A stretch of DNA of 64,000 nucleotides. Source: an uncultured Bacteroidales bacterium. GTDB lineage: Bacteria; Bacteroidota; Bacteroidia; Bacteroidales; VadinHA17. The stretch covers positions 206,321 through 270,320 of the forward strand of contig CAVWSZ010000016.1 in assembly GCA_963757935.1 (NCBI GenBank), in the 5' to 3' direction. Each line of letters starts with the position of its first letter. Position 1 is the stretch's first letter. The notes below the pieces were generated by a model, which was given only the letters and a program-made list of their open reading frames with translations, did no database searches and was not told the DNA's origin. This document shows positions 57,453 to 64,000 of this stretch, piece by piece. The translations under genes and the position numbers were made by a program.

Positions 57453-60400
57453 TTATCTCTCTGAAGCCACTTCAGCACTATCGGTTTTTTTCTTCTTCCT
57501 GGTTTCCGGACGTATGAAAAGGTCCTTCAGCCTGTCAAAGTCACGCCTCAGAAAAATACCGAAACCCTGGGTGTAAGGCGCTGTCTTGTAGAAAAGATTG
57601 TCATTGGACCTGTTGAAAACCTTGAACCGAAGCTTCTCGGTTATCTTGAATTCAATATCAAAGTCACCTGAGATGTTGCTGGCCTGGGTGTTCGACTGTT
57701 TGCCCCCGACGTCAAAGTTCCCGTTCAGAACCACCTTGTCATTCAGCAGCTGCGTTGAAAGAGCCACCTCGAGTTCCTGGGGTGTAATCTCATTGCCGGG
57801 CCGGTAGGCAAAACCTACATCGAAATCATTGCTTATCTGTGACAGCCAGTTACTGAACTGGTTTGTGAGCATCTCCGTTGTAGTGACCCCGATGGCAGAT
57901 GCACCCTGCGCCGTCGTCTGCGGAGCTGCGGAAAACAGTGATGGATCAGGATAAAAACTGTTCATGACAAGAAGGTACAGGAACTGGCGGCTTAGTTCCT
58001 CCTCGGTGTTTATGGCCATTTTAAGGTACTCCCGAGTCTCGTCATCCGCAGTAGGAAGACTTATGTCGAAGCCCACAACAGGGTTGATGAGCTTCTCCGA
58101 GAGATTGAGCCTGCATTCAACAGGGATCCTCTCCCTGAATGCCTCATCGGGGAAGAGGTCATAAAGCGATGTCTTGAGCCTGTATACAGCCCTTAAATTG
58201 ATTACAGCATCCTCGAGGGCTCCGTTCCATGATATCGTTCCCCCTTCGTCAACTGAAAATCGCTTGTTTAGTATGTTGCCAAGTGTGAAAAGATAATCGC
58301 CGTCCTCTATCACATAATCGCCAGCCATCTTTACATTCCCCTTGCTGCTCATGCTGATGTTCAGTTTGCCCGCCCCGGTGCCTCGTATCACGTCACCTGC
58401 CTTCGAATCCATAATAAGCTGAACCTCGGCATCAGGTGTCACTTCAAGATCAAAATTAAGTTCCATTCCCGCCGTGGACTCATTTTTGACAAACCTGTTT
58501 TCGCGTTCCAGCGCGGCCTCATTTTCTTTTTGCCTGTCAATAAATATAATATACGGGTACTCGCTCACAGTGGCGCTTGAGCTCAGGGGGATATAAAATT
58601 CCGTGTTTTTCTCCGTACGTGCAGAGATGTTGAAGGCAAGCTTCTCCGTTGAACCCTTTATCCCGGCGTACCCGGATGCATATGCCGTACCGTAGAAAAT
58701 TTCATTGTCCTTGGGCTTGGTATTCAACACCAGCATGTTGTTCATGTCGAAATTGAGGTCAATCCTGAAATCCTTGAATGAGTTGTGGGCAAGTATCCCG
58801 TCTACCTGTCCCTGGTTCCTCTTTTCGTCATAAATCTTAATCTTTCTGAACTCGATTCCCTTCCTGGTGAACCGTACAGAGTCAGAGAAACTGTACCTGG
58901 TCTGAAGAAAATCTACTTTCATTGATGCATCATCAACCTTAATTGCCCCTGTCAGGAACAACCGGTTCAGCTTTCCTTTCAGGTTTACCTTACCTGACCC
59001 GGTACCCCGCACATCTGAGGCAAATGTTTTAACGATCGAATTCAGGCTGTTCAGCGGCAGTCTGAATGTGGATGCCGTTATATCCGTATACCTGGCGACC
59101 GGATCGTAGGTGCCGCTTATGTCAAAATACCTGGATCCCCCGAAGTCATTCTTTACATTAATTACTGCAACCTTTTTCTGGGTATTCCATTCGCTTCTTG
59201 CCGTCACAAGACCATAGGGACTGTTATTCAGGAGGAAGTCGTGGACCGTGATATCACTTTCAAAAAGAAATTCATCGAAGACGTCTGAAAGTGTGATGTT
59301 GCCGTTAAGTATACCTCCGAAACTCAGTTCCAGGGCGCTCTCCCCGTCTTCTTTCCCGTTTTTTTTGCTGATATTGTTCAGGTATGCAAGGTTCAGCCCT
59401 TCAAAGTTGAATGTCAGCTTGTCACGAGGATTTGACGACAACACTCCATCAAGCCTGAGATAATTTGTCCGGCTGCTAACCAGTATATCATCAAACCTGG
59501 CACTTGTTGAGTCAATTACAATATGACCGGGATTTACTTTCCAGGTCGTGCTGGATACAATAAACTCCGTGGGTATGATGCTGATATTCAAAACCGGTTT
59601 TCCCCGGTTATTAAGACCGTAATAACCTTCAGCTTTCAGGTCACCGAGTGTCCTGCCGCCGTCCCTGTTATCCCAGTTAATGTCAAGGTTCATCGAGTCA
59701 GGCCGTGTGTCAACCTGGACAATGAAATTCCTGAGATCTGAGTTGTCAGGAAGATGGAGGGTATCTGAATTGACTGTCACATTCATTTTATTGCCGCTCA
59801 CTGAACTGTTAACCGTGAGGTTCCTGAATTCAGCCCCGGCTATTCCAAGTGCCGGTGAAAAGACCCTTGCAGACGCTTTTTTGCTCTCGGCATAGAAAAA
59901 GCCAGAAAGGGTGCTTCCTTCGGCCACACTTATGCCGGCATTGAAGAACTCACTTAACTTGTCTATTTGTTTGAAACGGGCGTTGAATGTAAAATTGTTC
60001 TCAGAAAGCTTTTCAGGTGCCGCCGGTGATTTGAACCTTGTGGGAAACAGTCCTGCCATTGCTGCTTTTACGGCAGTACCTATCGAGGCATATGTATGCT
60101 GCCCCCTGATCTCGCCGTCAGCAAAGTCTGAACGAACAGTCAGCAGAGGAATACCGTTCTCCGTACCGGAATGAAGCATAAAATCATATATTGTAATTTC
60201 CCCGTTTGAATTCCGGAGAGTTGAATTGATAAGGCGAAGATCACCGTCAAGATTGTCAATGTTGTTGCCGGTGAATGTTGCAGTCAGAAGTGCCGATGCA
60301 CGGTACGCGGTATCCTTTTCCACGAGCCTGAGCTTAAAAAGGTTTGCCTGAGCAAGATTCATTGTAAAGTCAAACTCCGGGAGGACATCGCTGAGATCAA

Positions 60401-61934
60401 ACCTCCCCAGGATATCCATTTTAATATTCCTGTCCCTTACCTCCACGGCACCGTCCCAGACCTTGTCACTGTATTTACCCCTGAGCGAGACATTCCTGTA
60501 CTTGTAACCGTTTATCCCTACACTGTCGATGACCCCGTTGATATTGGCTGACAGGTGTTTGAATGACTCCATCGACCCGTCAACCTCAGCATGTAACGTC
60601 AATCCGCCGAAGAGTTCGCTGTTTTTCGTAAGAAAACCGAGGTCTACCTGGTCTGCATTTAGCAAACCTTTGAATGCGAAACTGTTACTCCCGTCAGGTC
60701 TGAGGGAGATGTCAGTCGCAAAATTGCCCCGTTCTGTTTTCAGTCTGCCGAAGGCGACAAAATCAGTTATAAACCCCGTAAAGTTTCCGACAAAGGTGAC
60801 TTTCCCCAGGTCATGTGCAATTACAGGCAACTTCAGCGATCCGGCCTTGCTTAAACGGAGCCTCTCAATGTCGTCTGCACTTGTCCTCAGATCGGCAAAA
60901 TCGAGGAACATGTACATGTCACTGACATCAGGCAGTCCGGAAATGTCAAAGTCACAACGCAACCTCGTGTCAGCTGAATAATCAATTGCAACATCCCTGC
61001 CTCTCATTTCAGCCACTGTCCCTGTCAGCTTGCCTGACAGGTATACGGTCTCGTAAATTCCCTTTAAGGGTTCCACAAAATATGCAACATCAGATGTTCT
61101 GATTACTGACCGGCTGAGGAGAATGTCAAGCCTGACCCTGTTAATGAAATCGGCATATGCCGATGAATCTGCAGGAAGTATGCTGATCCTGTCGGCCTTT
61201 ATAATGCTGGAGTCAGTGCTCAGGTCAATGTCTCTGAAGTAAAGGGAACTCTGCCTTATCACTGCATCCATATCCAGTCCTGCAGACTTAAACCCTGTTG
61301 ACTCGGTAAAAGTCAGTCCCCGGATATTGAAAGAGACTGAATCCGGAATGATTACCATATCTTTAACGCTGGCATTCACGGAGGTCAGTTTCAGATCCTT
61401 GAAATTAATGACTCCGGGCTTAATGGTGGCGGTATCTCCGAGATCTGTCAGAGACCATGCACCGTCAAAAATTTCAATACCGTCAATTGTGATAAGTGAC
61501 TTCTTCAGTGTATCCTTCGACTTATCACCGCTCAGGGTTTCAATCAGCCAGGTAAGATTCAGCATTCCCGAAGTGTCCTGAACCATCCTGAAATCTGGTT
61601 CGTAAACATCAACATTACCGAATATAAACCGTTTTTCTGCAGGCCTGAACTCTTTTATTTTCAGAATTGTATGTCGTATTGACAGAAGGGTGTCCTTATT
61701 CTGATCCCTGATCAGGATATCATTTAAAGCCAGTTTGTTAAAGAAAGTGTATGAAACCTTGCCAACTGAAATTTGTGTTCCTGACTTACCGGAAAAATAT
61801 TCAACGAACTTTCTTGCAGCAAAAGTCTGGAACTTAGGTGCACGGGCAAGCATAACTGCAACCGCCGCAATAAAGATCAGCAGTACAATCACAACAGTAA
61901 GTGACCTGACGATTTTTTTGATAATTTTGGCCAT
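57453..61934 (-). CDS. tamB: Translocation and assembly module protein TamB
   Basis: Start chosen at the ATG at 61934 (MAKIIKKIVRSLTVVIVLLIFIAAVAVMLA, an N-terminal anchor), which avoids overlap with tsaD. The product is about 1493 aa and beta-rich throughout, with a DUF490-like C-terminus. Confidence 0.8.
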   Translation of the reverse strand: MAKIIKKIVRSLTVVIVLLIFIAAVAVMLARAPKFQTFAARKFVEYFSGKSGTQISVGKVSYTFFNKLALNDILIRDQNKDTLLSIRHTILKIKEFRPAEKRFIFGNVDVYEPDFRMVQDTSGMLNLTWLIETLSGDKSKDTLKKSLITIDGIEIFDGAWSLTDLGDTATIKPGVINFKDLKLTSVNASVKDMVIIPDSVSFNIRGLTFTESTGFKSAGLDMDAVIRQSSLYFRDIDLSTDSSIIKADRISILPADSSAYADFINRVRLDILLSRSVIRTSDVAYFVEPLKGIYETVYLSGKLTGTVAEMRGRDVAIDYSADTRLRCDFDISGLPDVSDMYMFLDFADLRTSADDIERLRLSKAGSLKLPVIAHDLGKVTFVGNFTGFITDFVAFGRLKTERGNFATDISLRPDGSNSFAFKGLLNADQVDLGFLTKNSELFGGLTLHAEVDGSMESFKHLSANINGVIDSVGINGYKYRNVSLRGKYSDKVWDGAVEVRDRNIKMDILGRFDLSDVLPEFDFTMNLAQANLFKLRLVEKDTAYRASALLTATFTGNNIDNLDGDLRLINSTLRNSNGEITIYDFMLHSGTENGIPLLTVRSDFADGEIRGQHTYASIGTAVKAAMAGLFPTRFKSPAAPEKLSENNFTFNARFKQIDKLSEFFNAGISVAEGSTLSGFFYAESKKASARVFSPALGIAGAEFRNLTVNSSVSGNKMNVTVNSDTLHLPDNSDLRNFIVQVDTRPDSMNLDINWDNRDGGRTLGDLKAEGYYGLNNRGKPVLNISIIPTEFIVSSTTWKVNPGHIVIDSTSARFDDILVSSRTNYLRLDGVLSSNPRDKLTFNFEGLNLAYLNNISKKNGKEDGESALELSFGGILNGNITLSDVFDEFLFESDITVHDFLLNNSPYGLVTARSEWNTQKKVAVINVKNDFGGSRYFDISGTYDPVARYTDITASTFRLPLNSLNSIVKTFASDVRGTGSGKVNLKGKLNRLFLTGAIKVDDASMKVDFLQTRYSFSDSVRFTRKGIEFRKIKIYDEKRNQGQVDGILAHNSFKDFRIDLNFDMNNMLVLNTKPKDNEIFYGTAYASGYAGIKGSTEKLAFNISARTEKNTEFYIPLSSSATVSEYPYIIFIDRQKENEAALERENRFVKNESTAGMELNFDLEVTPDAEVQLIMDSKAGDVIRGTGAGKLNISMSSKGNVKMAGDYVIEDGDYLFTLGNILNKRFSVDEGGTISWNGALEDAVINLRAVYRLKTSLYDLFPDEAFRERIPVECRLNLSEKLINPVVGFDISLPTADDETREYLKMAINTEEELSRQFLYLLVMNSFYPDPSLFSAAPQTTAQGASAIGVTTTEMLTNQFSNWLSQISNDFDVGFAYRPGNEITPQELEVALSTQLLNDKVVLNGNFDVGGKQSNTQASNISGDFDIEFKITEKLRFKVFNRSNDNLFYKTAPYTQGFGIFLRRDFDRLKDLFIRPETRKKKKTDSAEVASER

Positions 61935-61996
61935 TCGTTTCCGCAATCCTGCCGTGAGCGAAGTTAATTTAAAAAAACGGCGAAAACAAAGCGTCA

Positions 61997-63016
61997 ATGA
62001 GCATAACGATACTGGCCATAGAATCATCCTGTGATGACACCTCTGCAGCAGTGGTCACCGACGGTTTTGTACTCTCGAATCTCATTGCGAACCAGGAGAT
62101 ACACCGTGCCTATGGCGGAGTTGTACCCGAGCTTGCTTCCAGGGCTCACCAGGCAAACATCATTCCTGTTGTAGACATGGCTCTTTCGAAAGCGGGCAAG
62201 GGCAGGGATGAGGTCAGCGCCGTGGCCTTCACCCGGGGACCCGGATTGCTGGGTTCATTGCTCGTGGGAACATCTTTTGCAAAGGGGTTCGCACTGACGC
62301 GCAATCTGCCGCTGATAGAGGTGAACCACCTGCAGGCGCACGTAATGGTGCATTTTGCAAAGGAGCATGGAAGAGAGAACCGTGTTCCGGATTTCCCCTT
62401 CCTGTGCCTGCTGGTCTCAGGAGGTCATACACAGCTTATAGTTGTTCGTGACTACCTTTCTATGGAGCTGATTGGAAATACAATCGACGATGCGGCAGGG
62501 GAGGCCTTTGACAAGTGCGCCAAGGTCATGGGACTTCCTTACCCGGGAGGCCCGTTTATAGACAGAATGGCCGGAGAGGGAGACCCCAATGCATTTCAGT
62601 TCTCGAAACCCAGGATACAGGGACTCGATTTCAGTTTTTCCGGACTTAAAACCAGTTTCCTCTATTTTCTCCGCGACAGGCTAAAGGAGGATGAGAATTT
62701 TGTTGAGGCAAATATAAACAGCCTGTGCGCCTCATTGCAACGCACAATAATCGAAATTCTGATTGCCAAACTGGTAAGGGCATCCAAAGAGACCGGAATA
62801 CGCGAGATTGGAATCGCCGGAGGTGTTTCGGCAAATTCGGGTTTGCGATCAGCTGTAATGAACGAAGCCTCAAAACGTAACTGGAATGTTTTTCTGCCGG
62901 AATTCAGGTATACAACTGATAATGCAGCAATGATAGGGATTACAGGTTATTATAAGTACCTGCAGGCGGAATTTACAGACCACTCGGTGACTCCGCTTGC
63001 AAGGTTTGATATTTGA
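61997..63016 (+). CDS. tsaD: tRNA N6-adenosine threonylcarbamoyltransferase
   Basis: 339 aa with ILAIESSCDDTSAAV, and the LVSGGHTQL and GIAGGVSAN blocks. Confidence 0.95.
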   Translation: MSITILAIESSCDDTSAAVVTDGFVLSNLIANQEIHRAYGGVVPELASRAHQANIIPVVDMALSKAGKGRDEVSAVAFTRGPGLLGSLLVGTSFAKGFALTRNLPLIEVNHLQAHVMVHFAKEHGRENRVPDFPFLCLLVSGGHTQLIVVRDYLSMELIGNTIDDAAGEAFDKCAKVMGLPYPGGPFIDRMAGEGDPNAFQFSKPRIQGLDFSFSGLKTSFLYFLRDRLKEDENFVEANINSLCASLQRTIIEILIAKLVRASKETGIREIGIAGGVSANSGLRSAVMNEASKRNWNVFLPEFRYTTDNAAMIGITGYYKYLQAEFTDHSVTPLARFDI

Positions 63017-63078
63017 TTATTTCCGGAACCGTTCGTTTCAGAATTAACTATTGATTACATTCGCATAAATTTTTTTGA

Positions 63079-63462
63079 ATGGAGGGGAAGAAAATTGAAC
63101 CGACGAGGAAAACACCCGAAGTTTACCTTGGTCCGGAAGGTGTTATCAAGATCTGGGGGAGGTCTGTTTCTGAAGATTCAAGGGCATTTTACGACACAAT
63201 AGGCCTTTGGATTGACGAGTACATCCTTGATCCTGAGGATATTACTACCGTTGAGTTCAACCTTGAGTATGTCAATTCTGCATCATCAAAGCAGATCATT
63301 AAACTTTTAAGGAAGCTGCTGCTGGTTACTCTTAAGCACAAATTGCTCAAAGTAAACTGGTACTATGAGGAAGGCGATTCTGACATCCTTGAAAAAGGAG
63401 AGTATTTTTCTTCAGCTGTGAAACTGAAGTTTACCTACATTGAGACCGGAGGGCATGCCTGA
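63079..63462 (+). CDS. DUF1987 (SiaC-like) family protein
   Basis: 127 aa. The pattern TPEVYLGPEGVIKIWGRSVSEDSRAFYDTIGLWIDEY...FNLEYVNSASSKQIIKLL matches my recollection of DUF1987. Confidence 0.65.
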   Translation: MEGKKIEPTRKTPEVYLGPEGVIKIWGRSVSEDSRAFYDTIGLWIDEYILDPEDITTVEFNLEYVNSASSKQIIKLLRKLLLVTLKHKLLKVNWYYEEGDSDILEKGEYFSSAVKLKFTYIETGGHA

Positions 63463-63491
63463 GGCATATCTCCGGAAGTCCCTGCTTCTTT

Positions 63492-63974
63492 TCAGTCATA
63501 GTAAAATGCCTCCCTGCCGGGATAATAGTAGCGTTTACGGGCTATATCCTCAGGGTATAGGAAGTAGTCGATATCAGCCTCTGCACAATGCTTTCCCCCG
63601 CCGTCATACAATCTGCACAACAGCCTGGCACTCTTCCCGTCGCGGCTGACAATGGCCGCATCAAGGGTTATCTTACCTTTGTTTATGTAAACCGGTTTCA
63701 GGTACCTTACGGTCATCACTGAGGTGACAGCAGAGGTCCCGGCTTTTATATAAACACACCACGCACCTATCTCATCAAGGAGGGTGGCGATAATTCCCCC
63801 GTGTATAACGTTTATGTACCCCTGGTACTCAGGAAGCGGGACCCATTCTGCATGAAGGTGACCGGCGCTTTCTTCGAACGTAAGTCTGAGACCGACAGAA
63901 TTCGCAGGGCTGCATCCGAAACAACCGTGCTGGTCCCACTCAAAGGGATTCCTTATTTTCTTTCTCTTTTCCAT
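63492..63974 (-). CDS. PaaI-type hotdog-fold thioesterase
   Basis: Motifs: CFGCSPANSVGLRL... and HGGIIATLLDEIGAW. The ATG at 63974 is the preferred start. A GTG at 63998 is also possible, and the frame is open to within 2 nt of the window end, so the true start is uncertain. Confidence 0.65.
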   Translation of the reverse strand: MEKRKKIRNPFEWDQHGCFGCSPANSVGLRLTFEESAGHLHAEWVPLPEYQGYINVIHGGIIATLLDEIGAWCVYIKAGTSAVTSVMTVRYLKPVYINKGKITLDAAIVSRDGKSARLLCRLYDGGGKHCAEADIDYFLYPEDIARKRYYYPGREAFYYD

Positions 63975-64000
63975 CTTTTTCCCGTTTTTTCTGGGCACTC

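Noticed and set aside
1-64000. Mobile elements, prophage, defence systems, CRISPR arrays, and rRNA or tRNA genes.
   Set aside because: I saw no transposase, integrase, recombinase, restriction-modification, helicase-nuclease or Cas-like ORF. I saw no spacer-repeat array and no intergenic region long enough or structured like a tRNA or rRNA. The window reads as core chromosome.

Overview
This is a gene-dense 64 kb chromosomal segment with about 55 protein-coding genes. I found no rRNA, tRNA, CRISPR array, transposase or integrase. The organism looks like an anaerobic member of the Bacteroidota. The evidence is a T9SS type-B sorting-domain protein, an ExbB-ExbD-TonB cluster, TamB, a Na+-pumping methylmalonyl-CoA decarboxylase operon, and nine correctly placed TAnnTTTG promoter motifs. 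Most content is housekeeping: nth, aroB/aroC, tilS, proS, purA, relA/spoT, glyA, tsaD, kup, ClC, fur and two M16 peptidases.

Four things are worth a second look:
- An orphan nickel-pincer-cofactor operon (larC-larE-larB-wbqC) has no LarA gene anywhere in the window. It sits back-to-back with a Tat-exported DUF362 protein and a membrane polyferredoxin. I propose this pair as a candidate new user of the nickel-pincer cofactor.
- Two tandem secreted Tyr/Trp/Gly-rich low-complexity proteins precede a FadL-like barrel. Both have canonical GGAGG ribosome-binding sites, which no other start I checked in this window has.
- A CitD-CitE fusion citrate lyase lies next to the decarboxylase operon, with no citC/citG/citX accessory genes in the window.
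- A heptanucleotide tandem repeat sits upstream of an outer-membrane protein operon.

Important caveat: at least 17 single-base frame breaks interrupt clearly conserved genes, several at short homopolymers. Ten of them fall in 24.4-28.8 kb. This looks like indel-type assembly error rather than biology. All calls come from reading the translations by eye, with no database search.
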